This document shows positions 17,987-26,951 of a stretch of 64,000 nucleotides of DNA, piece by piece; within the stretch, counting starts at the first letter, position 1, and the number at the start of each line of letters is the position of its first letter. Below the pieces are notes generated by a model that made no database searches, was not told the origin of the DNA, and saw only the letters and a list, made by a program, of their open reading frames with translations. Source of the stretch: an uncultured Clostridia bacterium (lineage in GTDB: Bacteria; Bacillota; Clostridia; TANB77; CAG-508); NCBI GenBank assembly GCA_944386675.1, contig CALXBY010000001.1, positions 72,486 through 136,485 of the forward strand. Reading direction: 5' to 3'. The position numbers were made by a program, and so were the translations under genes.

Positions 17987-20005
17987 ATGGAACAAACAAA
18001 AAAATTACTCTTAGATGTAAACGAAAAACCAACTATTGCTAAATGGATAATTCTTGCTATTCAACATGTTTTTGCTATGTTTGGAGCAACTATTTTGGTT
18101 CCAATCATGGTAAATACAGCAGCAGGAGAAACTGTGCTTACCATTCCAGTTGCATTAGTTACATCAGGAATAGGAACATTAATTTACATTTTATGTACAA
18201 AAGGAAAATCACCAGTTTATTTAGGAAGTTCTTTTGCATTTATAGCACCACTCGCAGCAGCTTATGCAAAAGGTGGTATTTCAGGAGCAATGGTTGGCGT
18301 TATGGCGGTAGGACTTGTCTATGTTATTTTTGCAACGATTATTCATTTTATAGGAAAAAAATGGATAGACAAATTATTACCACCTGTTGTTATTGGACCA
18401 ATGATTATGATAATTGGATTAAGTTTAGCACCAAGTGCTATTTCTCAAGTAGGATTAGGAACAGGAACACAAATTGATTGGAGATGTATAGCAGTTGCCC
18501 TAATTACATTTTTAACAACTGCAGTTGTTATGGTAAGAGGCAAAGGATTCTTAAAAATCATTCCATTCTTAGTTGGAATTGTCGTAGGTTATGTTTCGGC
18601 AATCTGTTTTGGACTAGTGGATTTTGCTCCAGTATTAGAAGCAGGATTTTTTAGTATGCCGAGCTTTGTAGTACCATTTTTAAATTATACACCTAATTTT
18701 TCAGCATTATTAACAATTGTACCAATTTCTTTGGTAACAATTGCAGAACATATTGGAGACCATACAGCATTAAGTACAATTATTGGAAAAAATTTATTGA
18801 AAGACCCAGGTTTAGATAGAACTTTATTAGGAGATGGTCTAGCAACATTTGTAGCAGGATTTTTAGGAGGTCCGGCAAATACAACTTATGGAGAAAATAC
18901 CTCTGTTGTGGGAATGACAAAAGTGGCATCTGTATGGGTAATTGGACTAGCCGCAATCATTGCTATTTGTTTAGGATTTTTAGGAAAATTTACTGCATTA
19001 GTATCAACCATTCCTGATGCTGTTTTAGGAGGTGTATCTTTACTACTATATGGATTTATTTCTGTAAATGGTTTAAAAGTATTAATTGAAAATAAAATAG
19101 ACTTTGGAAAATCTAAAAACATAGTTGTTGCATCTACTATGTTGGTACTAGGGCTAGGAGGAGCAGCTATTTCAATTATACATGGAGATTTATCTGTGAC
19201 AATTTCAGGAATGAGTTTAGCAGCAATTATTGGTATCTTATTGAATTTATTATTACCAGATGAAAAAGAAGATAATGACAATAAACCAAAAGATACAAAT
19301 GAAATTACAGAAAACGAGAAGGAAATCAAATATGAAAGTGAGGCAAATACAATGGGAGAAATAAAAAAAGATAATGACAATAATGTAACAGTATTAAATA
19401 ATCCTTTAGTGGAACATAAGTTATCTATTATTAGAAATAAAAATACAGGAACAAAAGAGTTTAGAGAAATTATTGGCGAAATAGCTACATTATTATGTTA
19501 TCATGCATTAGAAGATGCTAAATTAAAAGAAACAGAAATTGAAACACCAATTTGCAAGATGAAAGCAAGAGTTTTAGACGAAGATAATTATGCATTTGTA
19601 CCAATTTTAAGAGCAGGAACAGGTATGTTAGATGGATTATTAAAAATTGTACCAAATGCAAAGATTGGACACATTGGACTATATAGAAACGAAGAAACTT
19701 TAGAACCAGTACAATATTATTATAAAATGCCTAAAGATATTGCTAAAAGAGAAGCCATTATCTTAGACCCGATGCTTGCAACAGGTGGCTCAGCAGCAGA
19801 TACAATCCAAATGCTAAAAAAAGATGGTGTTAAGAAAATCAAATTTTTATGTATTTTATCTGCGCCAGAAGGTATCGAAAGATTAAGAAAAGAACACCCA
19901 GATGTACAGATTTATACAGCATGTATTGATGAAAAATTAAATGATAAAGGATATATCGTACCAGGCTTAGGAGATGCAGGAGATAGAATATTTGGAACAA
20001 AATAA
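17987..20005 (+). CDS. Uracil permease (UraA/PyrP family) fused in frame to uracil phosphoribosyltransferase
   Basis: Residues 1-~430 are a 12-14 TM NCS2 permease. A K/E/N/D-rich linker follows. Residues ~466-672 are Upp (LNNPLVEHKLSIIRNKNTGTKEFRE ... DPMLATGGS ... GLGDAGDRIFGTK). No stop codon separates the two parts. Confidence 0.85.
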   Translation: MEQTKKLLLDVNEKPTIAKWIILAIQHVFAMFGATILVPIMVNTAAGETVLTIPVALVTSGIGTLIYILCTKGKSPVYLGSSFAFIAPLAAAYAKGGISGAMVGVMAVGLVYVIFATIIHFIGKKWIDKLLPPVVIGPMIMIIGLSLAPSAISQVGLGTGTQIDWRCIAVALITFLTTAVVMVRGKGFLKIIPFLVGIVVGYVSAICFGLVDFAPVLEAGFFSMPSFVVPFLNYTPNFSALLTIVPISLVTIAEHIGDHTALSTIIGKNLLKDPGLDRTLLGDGLATFVAGFLGGPANTTYGENTSVVGMTKVASVWVIGLAAIIAICLGFLGKFTALVSTIPDAVLGGVSLLLYGFISVNGLKVLIENKIDFGKSKNIVVASTMLVLGLGGAAISIIHGDLSVTISGMSLAAIIGILLNLLLPDEKEDNDNKPKDTNEITENEKEIKYESEANTMGEIKKDNDNNVTVLNNPLVEHKLSIIRNKNTGTKEFREIIGEIATLLCYHALEDAKLKETEIETPICKMKARVLDEDNYAFVPILRAGTGMLDGLLKIVPNAKIGHIGLYRNEETLEPVQYYYKMPKDIAKREAIILDPMLATGGSAADTIQMLKKDGVKKIKFLCILSAPEGIERLRKEHPDVQIYTACIDEKLNDKGYIVPGLGDAGDRIFGTK

Positions 20006-20026
20006 GATAGGGTATACGAAAAAAAT

Positions 20027-20065
20027 AAAGAGACAATAAGAACAATGTGTTCTAATTGTCTCTTT
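20027..20065. terminator. Bidirectional terminator
   Basis: AAAGAGACAATAAGAAC pairs with GTTCTAATTGTCTCTTT as a 17-bp stem with one mismatch. Confidence 0.75.
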
Positions 20066-20069
20066 CATA

Positions 20070-20159
20070 CTATTTGTTATTATTATTTTGCTTTTCGTTA
20101 TTATTATTTTGACTATTTGAACTATTATTGTTTTTCTTTTCTTTATTTTTCTTTCCCAT
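20070..20159 (-). CDS. Possible small ORF, a 29-aa N/K-rich peptide
   Basis: It encodes MGKKNKEKKNNNSSNSQNNNNEKQNNNNK*. A strong SD, GAGGAGGTG, lies 7 nt upstream and the bidirectional terminator lies immediately downstream. Confidence 0.3.
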   Translation of the reverse strand: MGKKNKEKKNNNSSNSQNNNNEKQNNNNK

Positions 20160-20299
20160 GTAAAAGCACCTCCTCAAAGTATATTACTATTTTGTACGAA
20201 TCTATAAAAAATATTCACTAATTATTTGTTTTTTTTATATTATTGATATATAATAACATAAATTCAAATATATGATTTATCATATAGGGAGGCTAAAAT

Positions 20300-21703
20300 A
20301 TGAATTATAACAATGAAAAATTAAATGAATTTAATGATTACATAAGATACAGAAAAGTGGCTATAATAGGATTGGGAGTTAGCAATTTACCACTTTTAGA
20401 TTATTTATATGAAAAAAAAGCAAATGTTACAATTTTTGATCAAAGAGAATATAATCAAATTCCTAGAGATATTATTGAAAAAATAACAAATTATGGTTTT
20501 ATGATTCATTTTGGAAAAGATTGTTTAGGGCATTTGAAAAATTTTAATGTTATTTTCCGTTCACCTAGTTGCTTACCAACAAAACCAGAATTGGTAGAAG
20601 AAGCAAATAGGGGCGCTTTGGTAACAACTGAAATAGAATTATTAATGGAGATGTGTCCGGCAAAAATCGTAGGAGTGACAGGCAGTGATGGAAAAACAAC
20701 AACAACAAGTCTAATTAATCATATCTTAGAAAAAGCAGGTTATAAAACATTTTTAGGTGGAAATATTGGAACACCATTATTTACAAAATTACCTGAAATG
20801 ACACCTCAAGATATTGTTGTTTTAGAATTAAGTAGTTTTCAATTAATGGGAATGGAGATTAGTCCACAAATTGCCGTTATTACTAATATAACACCAAACC
20901 ATTTAAATATACATAAAGATTACCAAGAATATATTGACGCTAAGAAAAATATTTTCAAATATCAAGATGAAAATGGAATTTTAGTTTTAAATTATGATAA
21001 TGAAATAACCAAAGAATGTGCAAAAGAAGCAAAAGGTAAGGTTGTTTTCTTTAGTAGCCAAACAAAATTAGACAATGGATATATTGTTGATGAAGATGTG
21101 ATAAAAGAATGTGATGATAAAATTAGAAAGCATATTTTAAATACAGAAGATGTAATTTTGAGAGGAAATCACAATTATCAAAATATTGCAACAGCCATTG
21201 CAGCAACGGCAAGCTTAGTAGATACAGAAATTGCAGTAAAAGCAATAAAAGAATTTAAACCAGTGGAACATAGAATTGAGTTTGTAGAAGAAATAGATGG
21301 CGTAAAATGGTATAATGATTCTGCAAGTTCTTCACCATCTAGAACCTTATCTGGTATCAATGCTTTTAAAGAAGATATTGTTCTAATTGCTGGAGGATAT
21401 GATAAAAATTTAGACTATACACCACTTGCTAAACCAATTGTTGATAAAGTAAAAACACTAATTTTAATTGGTCAAACTTCTGGGAAAATATATGAAGTTG
21501 TAAAAAAAGAATTAGAGAAAGAAAATAAGGATTTAAATATTTATATGTGTGAAACATTAGAAGAAACAATTCCAATTGCAAAAAAGAATGTAAATAGTGG
21601 AGATGTTGTTCTATTTTCTCCTGCTAGTGCAAGTTTTGATATGTTTAAAAATTTTGCAGATAGAGGAAATCAATTTAAAAATTTAGTACGAAATTTAAAG
21701 TAG
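20300..21703 (+). CDS. murD: UDP-N-acetylmuramoylalanine--D-glutamate ligase
   Basis: GVTGSDGKTTTT is the P-loop. The sequence shows the Mur ligase middle and C-terminal pattern (NHNYQNIATA, ASASFD). 467 aa. Confidence 0.93.
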   Translation: MNYNNEKLNEFNDYIRYRKVAIIGLGVSNLPLLDYLYEKKANVTIFDQREYNQIPRDIIEKITNYGFMIHFGKDCLGHLKNFNVIFRSPSCLPTKPELVEEANRGALVTTEIELLMEMCPAKIVGVTGSDGKTTTTSLINHILEKAGYKTFLGGNIGTPLFTKLPEMTPQDIVVLELSSFQLMGMEISPQIAVITNITPNHLNIHKDYQEYIDAKKNIFKYQDENGILVLNYDNEITKECAKEAKGKVVFFSSQTKLDNGYIVDEDVIKECDDKIRKHILNTEDVILRGNHNYQNIATAIAATASLVDTEIAVKAIKEFKPVEHRIEFVEEIDGVKWYNDSASSSPSRTLSGINAFKEDIVLIAGGYDKNLDYTPLAKPIVDKVKTLILIGQTSGKIYEVVKKELEKENKDLNIYMCETLEETIPIAKKNVNSGDVVLFSPASASFDMFKNFADRGNQFKNLVRNLK

Positions 21704-21712
21704 ATAAAAATC

Positions 21713-21741
21713 AAGAGGAGTCCAAGTGCGGACTCCTCTTT
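21713..21741. terminator. Bidirectional GC-rich terminator
   Basis: AAGAGGAGTCC pairs with GGACTCCTCTT as a perfect 11-bp stem with a 6-nt loop. It serves murD (+) and the small minus-strand pair. Confidence 0.8.
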
Positions 21742-21764
21742 AATATACTGGGCTACTTACTATC

Positions 21765-21956
21765 CTACTTTCCAAGAAACATTCGGGCTTCCTGAAAAGC
21801 CAACTTCTCGTTACTTGAAAACCGCATTTTGGTGCGATTTTTTTCTTCAAGATCACAGAGCAATATTGCTACTCTGTATTTCTCGTGAGAATCTCCTTTT
21901 ACGCAGGCAGTTTCCCATCTGTTAACTAACTGTTCAATGCGATCCATTATTATCAC
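21765..21956 (-). CDS. Hypothetical 63-aa protein, second gene of a small pair, with atypical codon usage
   Basis: Its start overlaps the upstream stop (ATGA). The C-terminal RFSSNEKLAFQEARMFL resembles FQFSSEEIKVIQESKNFL of the partner. It contains an in-frame CGG. Confidence 0.5.
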   Translation of the reverse strand: MIIMDRIEQLVNRWETACVKGDSHEKYRVAILLCDLEEKNRTKMRFSSNEKLAFQEARMFLGK

Positions 21957-22135
21957 TCCTTATAGAGAAAATTTTTAGATTCCTGTATAACCTTTATCTC
22001 TTCAGATGAAAATTGAAATTTATTGCATCTAGCAAACTGCTGAATATTCTCAGCTACCTGTTGCTTCAATCTATCTGGAGCAAATTTTAAAAATGTCCAA
22101 CTCCTTAAGATGTCTTCTATATAATGGTAATGCAT
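21953..22135 (-). CDS. Hypothetical 60-aa protein, first gene of a small pair, with atypical codon usage
   Basis: SD AGGAGGA lies upstream. It appears paralogous to the downstream 63-aa ORF. I recognise no family. Confidence 0.5.
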   Translation of the reverse strand: MHYHYIEDILRSWTFLKFAPDRLKQQVAENIQQFARCNKFQFSSEEIKVIQESKNFLYKE

Positions 22136-22177
22136 AGTATCCTCCTTTTTAGAGTAGCCCTTTTCGTATATATGTAC

Positions 22178-22206
22178 ATTATATCACAAAATAGTAAAAA
22201 AGTTAA
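22178..22206 (-). promoter_or_regulatory. Candidate promoter of the small minus-strand pair
   Basis: On the minus strand it reads TTAACT, a 17-nt spacer, then TATAAT with the tgaTATAAT extended -10. Confidence 0.4.
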
Positions 22207-22290
22207 ATCCTATGCACCATTTAGAGCTTATTAACATATCTTGTATAAGTAAAGCATGCATAGCAAAATGAAAGATAGGAGGAATTAGGT

Positions 22291-22905
22291 ATGTATGATA
22301 ACAATTATGAAGAATACATAAGAAGTATTTTAGGATATCCTAGTACAAACAACTTTAATCAAAATCAGATGTATCAAAATGGATATTCAAATTCATCACA
22401 AGTAAGCATGAGAAACAATTTAGAAGAATGCTACCCTGAGATATATAAAATTATATATCCGATGGTAAAAAAAGCCTGTGATAGGAATATGGGGGCAAAT
22501 ACTAGGGAAGAAATTGAACAAATGACAGATGAAATCTATTCAGCATTAGAAGATAATAATCAAATTAATATAAACATCAATTTAGGAAATACGATTTCTA
22601 CAACAAATACTAATGGAATGGAAAACAGGAGTGAAGTACAAAAAGGAGAAGTTCAAAAGAAATTTTCTGAAAAGCAAGTGGTTGAAAATAGAAGTCCTGA
22701 AATACAGGACAGAAGACGACTTTTTAACAATAATTTAAGAGATTTAATCAAAATATTGTTAATCAGAGAATTACTAAGAAGACCAAATCATAGACCAAAT
22801 TTTCCACCAAGACCACCATTCAATCGTCCACCACGTCCGCCAATGAGACCACCAATTATGCCTAGAAATTATGAGCAACCATTGTATGACATATATGAAT
22901 ATTAA
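22291..22905 (+). CDS. Hypothetical protein with a proline-rich C-terminus
   Basis: SD AGGAGGA lies upstream. The C-terminus is RPNHRPNFPPRPPFNRPPRPPMRPPIMPRNYEQPLYDIYEY. I recognise no family; a spore-coat-like composition is only a guess. Confidence 0.5.
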   Translation: MYDNNYEEYIRSILGYPSTNNFNQNQMYQNGYSNSSQVSMRNNLEECYPEIYKIIYPMVKKACDRNMGANTREEIEQMTDEIYSALEDNNQINININLGNTISTTNTNGMENRSEVQKGEVQKKFSEKQVVENRSPEIQDRRRLFNNNLRDLIKILLIRELLRRPNHRPNFPPRPPFNRPPRPPMRPPIMPRNYEQPLYDIYEY

Positions 22906-23002
22906 AAATGAAAATTTTACCAATTTTTCAAAATAAAATTTGAATATAAATTCTAAAAATGCAAAAAATAATTACGAGAAATTTTGAAAGGTGGTAAAAT
23001 AA

Positions 23003-23449
23003 ATGAAAGTAAAAGATTGTATGTGTACAGAAGTTTGCTGTGTTAAACCAGAAGCAAAAATAAATGAAGTTGCGAAATTAATGTGTCAAAATCATATCGG
23101 TTCAGTACCTGTTTGCGACAATAATAATTGTTTATGTGGAATTGTTACTGATAGAGATATTATATTAAGAAGTATTGCTTGTGATAAAGATGTTAAAACA
23201 ACACCAGTAAGTGATATTATGTCGACAAATGTATGTACTTGTGATGAAAACGAAGATATGGCAAATGCAGAAAATAAGATGGGAACAAATAAAGTAAGAA
23301 GATTACCTGTTTGTGACAATAATAAAAAAGTAATTGGTATATTAACTTTAGGAGATATTGCACAAAATAGGGCAAATCTAGATGATAGAGAAATTTGTAT
23401 TACATTTGAAGATGTTTGCGATTGTGATACAAATAAAAATGCGCAATAA
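23003..23449 (+). CDS. CBS-domain pair protein
   Basis: Two CBS repeats are present (HIGSVPVCDNNNCLCGIVTDRDI and VRRLPVCDNNKKVIGILTLGDI). The protein is unusually Cys-rich. Confidence 0.8.
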   Translation: MKVKDCMCTEVCCVKPEAKINEVAKLMCQNHIGSVPVCDNNNCLCGIVTDRDIILRSIACDKDVKTTPVSDIMSTNVCTCDENEDMANAENKMGTNKVRRLPVCDNNKKVIGILTLGDIAQNRANLDDREICITFEDVCDCDTNKNAQ

Positions 23450-23484
23450 GATAAATCTACAAATAAAATCAATACTTGTTAAGT

Positions 23485-23537
23485 AATCCAGGTTCTAATA
23501 TTATATTTTTTATATATGATATTAGAACCTGGATTTT
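23485..23537 (+). terminator. Rho-independent terminator with a long hairpin
   Basis: AATCCAGGTTCTAATAT pairs with ATATTAGAACCTGGATT as a perfect 17-bp stem, followed by TT. Confidence 0.75.
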
Positions 23538-23642
23538 ATCTAAGTATATTAATTTTGAAGATACATATAATAATAGGAGTAGTTAATTTTTGATTTTTAG
23601 AATAAGATTTTCATATTTTCTAAAAGATAAAGGAGGGGAGAG

Positions 23643-24740
23643 ATGATTGTAAATATCCCTTATTGGACAAGAGTTGCCAAAAATATTTTATATGTCATAT
23701 TATTAATGTTAGGGTTATATCTAGCATTAAAATTGTCTATTTTTTATATGCCATTTCTAATAGCTTTTATTATTTCATTGATGATAGAACCACTCATAAA
23801 ATACATTATGCGAAAAACAAAATTAACAAGAAGGACTAGCTCTATTATTATATTTATACTAGTGACAATCATTATTCTAGGAATATTAAGTTGGATTATT
23901 ATTACATTATTTTCGGAATCTTCTAGTTTGCTTCAAGGCTTGAATGCTTATTTTGATAAAGCCTCCAAACAATTACAAGGATTTATTGAACAATTTCAAT
24001 TTGATAAAATTAAATTACCAGATGAGGTATTAACTATTGTACAAGAATCTAGTGGGGATTTTTTACAAACGATTTCTAATTGGATAAAAAATGCCTTAAA
24101 TGGTTTAATTAATATAATTACAAAAATACCGGAAATTGCTATTTGTGTAGGAATAACGATACTTGCTTTATATTTTATTTGTGTAGATAAAATTTATATT
24201 TTGGACCAAATAGAATATCATTTACCAAAAACATGGGTAAAGAGATTAAGTAATCATTTAAAAGATTTAATACAAACTTTAGGTGGTTATTTAAAAGCTG
24301 AAGCAACTTTAATTTTGGTATCTTTTGTTATTTCATTAATAGGACTATATATTTTATCTTTTTTGAAATTTAATATTCCATATCCTTTATTAATGGCATT
24401 ATTTATAGGTTTTGTAGATGCGCTTCCTATTTTAGGTTCTGGAACAGTCATGATACCATGGGCTGTTATTTCTGCTTTGAATGGAGATTTATCTTTAGGA
24501 ATTGCTATTGTTACATTATTTATCATCATGTCAGTTGTAAGACAATTTTTAGAGCCTAAATTGGTTAGTAAAAATATTGGTGTCCATCCCATATTCACAT
24601 TAATTGCTATGTATACAGGATTTAAAATAACAGGTGTTATTGGGCTATTATTAGGACCAATTGTTTTAATTATCATAAAAAATATATTTGCTAATTTAAT
24701 TGACCAAGGTGTGTTTAAAACGATTTTTGATAAGAAATAA
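23643..24740 (+). CDS. AI-2E family transporter / YtvI-like sporulation membrane protein
   Basis: 365 aa with about 8 TM helices. The C-terminal GFVDALPILGSGTVMIPW ... FLEPKLVSKNIGVHP pattern is typical of the PerM/AI-2E family. Confidence 0.78.
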   Translation: MIVNIPYWTRVAKNILYVILLMLGLYLALKLSIFYMPFLIAFIISLMIEPLIKYIMRKTKLTRRTSSIIIFILVTIIILGILSWIIITLFSESSSLLQGLNAYFDKASKQLQGFIEQFQFDKIKLPDEVLTIVQESSGDFLQTISNWIKNALNGLINIITKIPEIAICVGITILALYFICVDKIYILDQIEYHLPKTWVKRLSNHLKDLIQTLGGYLKAEATLILVSFVISLIGLYILSFLKFNIPYPLLMALFIGFVDALPILGSGTVMIPWAVISALNGDLSLGIAIVTLFIIMSVVRQFLEPKLVSKNIGVHPIFTLIAMYTGFKITGVIGLLLGPIVLIIIKNIFANLIDQGVFKTIFDKK

Positions 24741-24743
24741 AAA

Positions 24744-24856
24744 AAAAGGGAAATTGGGGACGGACTCATTTTTCCCTTTTTTATTTAAGTTTTAATTGTT
24801 TGCTAAAATATTATACAAAAAAAGGGAAAAATGAGTCCGTCCCCAATTTCCCTTTT
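24744..24856. repeat. Perfect 39-bp inverted repeat (24744..24782 and 24818..24856) with a 35-nt spacer; each arm is itself a terminator-like hairpin
   Basis: The arm is AAAGGGAAATTGGGGACGGACTCATTTTTCCCTTTTT. The reverse complement of the right arm is identical. Inside each arm, the AAAGGGAAA/TTTCCCTTT stem encloses a GGGGACGGAC-containing loop, followed by a T-run facing the adjacent convergent gene. Confidence 0.9.
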
Positions 24857-24860
24857 CGTT

Positions 24861-26399
24861 TTATTCCCATTCAATTGTTGCAGGTGGTTTTGAAGTAATA
24901 TCATAGACAACTCTATTAACATGTTTTACTTCATTAACAATTCTTGATGAAACTTTTTCTAATATTTCATAAGGAATTTTGCTCCAAACACCTGTCATAA
25001 AATCTGTAGTTTCTACTGCACGTAGGGCAATCGTATAATCATAAGTTCTTTCATCACCCATAACACCAACAGATTTTAAATTTGTTAATACTGCAAAGTA
25101 TTGGTTGATTGATTTATGAAGTCCAGCGTTTGCAATTTCTTCTCTAAAAATGCTATCAGCTTCTTTTAGTATATCTAGTTTATCTTCTGTTATGTCACCA
25201 ATTACTCTAATAGCTAGTCCCGGTCCAGGGAATGGTTGTCTAAATACTAAGTTTTCTGGTATACCTAGTTCTAAACCTGTTTTTCTAACTTCATCTTTAA
25301 ATAAATTTCTTAAAGGTTCTACAATTTCTTTAAAATCTACATAGTCTGGAAGACCACCAACATTATGATGACTTTTAATAACAGAACTTTTTCCTAATCC
25401 GCTTTCAATTACGTCAGGGTAGATAGTACCTTGTACTAAGAAATCTACTGTTCCGATTTTTTTAGCTTCTTCTTCAAAAACTCTAATAAATTCTTCACCA
25501 ATGATTTTTCTTTTTCTTTCTGGGTCTGTAACACCAGCAAGTTTTTCTAAAAATCTATCTTTCGCATTTACTCTTATTAAATTAATATCAAATTGCTTCT
25601 TAAAAACTTCTTCAACTTCATCACCTTCGTTTTTACGAAGTAACCCATGATCAACAAAGATACAAGTTAAGTTTTTACCAATTGCTTTATGTAATAAGAC
25701 TGCTGCAACAGAAGAATCTACACCGCCAGATAAAGCACATAAAGCTTTTTTATCTCCAATTTTTTCTTTTAAAGTTTTAATACTATCTTCTACAAAAGAA
25801 GAAATTTGCCAATCTCCAGAACAACCACAAATATTAAATAAGAAATTCTTAATTACTTGTGTTCCATTTACAGATAAGTTTACTTCTGGATGGAATTGAA
25901 TACCATATAATTTTTTCTCCGCATTTTCCATTGCTGCATTTGGGCAATGGTCTGTTGAACCGATATTTTTAAAACCATTTGGTACTTCTGACACAAAATC
26001 TGTATGACTCATTAAGAAATCATTTGCTCTTTCAAATCCTTGAAATAGGGAAGAGGTATTATCAATATTTACTTTTGTTGTTCCATACTCTCTGGTATTT
26101 GCTCTTGAAACATTTCCTCCTAAAGTATAGGTCATTAATTGCATACCATAACAAATTCCTAAAACAGGAATGCCTAAATCAAAAATTCCATCTGCACATT
26201 TAGGGGAATCTTCTCCATAAACACTAGCAGGTCCACCTGTAAAGATAATTCCTTTTGGATTTTTCTCTTTGATTTTTTCAATAGAAATGTTGTATGGTAC
26301 AACTTCTGAATACACATTGCATTCTCTGACTCTTCTTGCAATTAATTGATTGTATTGTCCACCAAAGTCTAAGATTAAAATTAATTCATTTTCTTTCAT
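24861..26399 (-). CDS. guaA: GMP synthase (glutamine-hydrolysing)
   Basis: GATase GICYGMQ, PP-loop SGGVDSS and the C-terminal PPATIEWE are present. 512 aa. Confidence 0.97.
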   Translation of the reverse strand: MKENELILILDFGGQYNQLIARRVRECNVYSEVVPYNISIEKIKEKNPKGIIFTGGPASVYGEDSPKCADGIFDLGIPVLGICYGMQLMTYTLGGNVSRANTREYGTTKVNIDNTSSLFQGFERANDFLMSHTDFVSEVPNGFKNIGSTDHCPNAAMENAEKKLYGIQFHPEVNLSVNGTQVIKNFLFNICGCSGDWQISSFVEDSIKTLKEKIGDKKALCALSGGVDSSVAAVLLHKAIGKNLTCIFVDHGLLRKNEGDEVEEVFKKQFDINLIRVNAKDRFLEKLAGVTDPERKRKIIGEEFIRVFEEEAKKIGTVDFLVQGTIYPDVIESGLGKSSVIKSHHNVGGLPDYVDFKEIVEPLRNLFKDEVRKTGLELGIPENLVFRQPFPGPGLAIRVIGDITEDKLDILKEADSIFREEIANAGLHKSINQYFAVLTNLKSVGVMGDERTYDYTIALRAVETTDFMTGVWSKIPYEILEKVSSRIVNEVKHVNRVVYDITSKPPATIEWE

Positions 26400-26487
26400 T
26401 ATTTACCTCCGAAATTAAAATCATATATATATAATATCACAATTTGTCGACAAAGTAAATAAAAACGCCTGGAGTTTTACTTAAAGT

Positions 26488-26516
26488 TTGCTTATATTAT
26501 GAAAATATGATATAAT
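26488..26516 (+). promoter_or_regulatory. Sigma-A-type promoter for the 26574 cassette
   Basis: TTGCTT, a 17-nt spacer, then TATAAT (tgaTATAAT). The -35 hexamer is the same as at 17154. Confidence 0.55.
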
Positions 26517-26573
26517 AAATTAGATATAACTTTTTTATAATCAACAACGCCTGTAGGCAGGAGGTATCGCGAG

Positions 26574-26870
26574 ATGAAGAATCTAGAGAAACTGAAAAAC
26601 AAGTATAAGAACAAATTAGGAGAAGGCTCTATCACTTTCAGAGTGGAATGGAAGTATACTCCTGAAAAGGAAATCCAGATTACTGATGTGTCGGTGCGGA
26701 TGATAAGAGACTACGGTCTTAATGCTACTGCATCACTTAGTAGATGGTGGCCCATCGATAAGGAGGATATGTCCGTATTTACTTCTATCGAGAAAAAGAT
26801 TTTCGAGGAAAAGAGTGTGAATGAGCAGTGGCCCGGAACGGGTTATGCCGGAATGGCTTTATACTTGTAA
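26574..26870 (+). CDS. Hypothetical 98-aa protein with atypical codon usage
   Basis: SD AGGAGG lies upstream. G/C-ending codons are common (CTG, GGC, GTG, CCC, GCC) and there is one in-frame CGG. I recognise no family. Confidence 0.6.
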   Translation: MKNLEKLKNKYKNKLGEGSITFRVEWKYTPEKEIQITDVSVRMIRDYGLNATASLSRWWPIDKEDMSVFTSIEKKIFEEKSVNEQWPGTGYAGMALYL

Positions 26871-26892
26871 ACACCTAACTAGGATTCCAAAA

Positions 26893-26926
26893 CAAAAAAG
26901 TCAGCCCTTGGGACTGGCTTTTTTGT
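26893..26926. terminator. Bidirectional terminator
   Basis: AAAAAAGTCAGCCC ttg GGACTGGCTTTTTT forms an imperfect stem flanked by an A-run and a T-run. Confidence 0.65.
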
Positions 26927-26951
26927 TGTACATGTGGCGAAGCCGCTTTTC

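Noticed and set aside
24287-24769. Long antisense ORFs in the supplied track, such as 24287..24769, 11706..12272, 18886..19380, 23092..23472, 41500..41826 and 58333..58731.
   Set aside because: They lie opposite well-supported genes and encode low-complexity F/I/L/S-rich products, as expected from the reverse complement of AT-rich coding DNA. They also lack SD sequences.
26400-26573. A purine (guanine) riboswitch upstream of guaA.
   Set aside because: The reverse complement lacks the conserved three-way-junction core (UAUAAU...GUUUCUACC...CCGUAAAU...CGACUA). The minus-strand leader is also too short.
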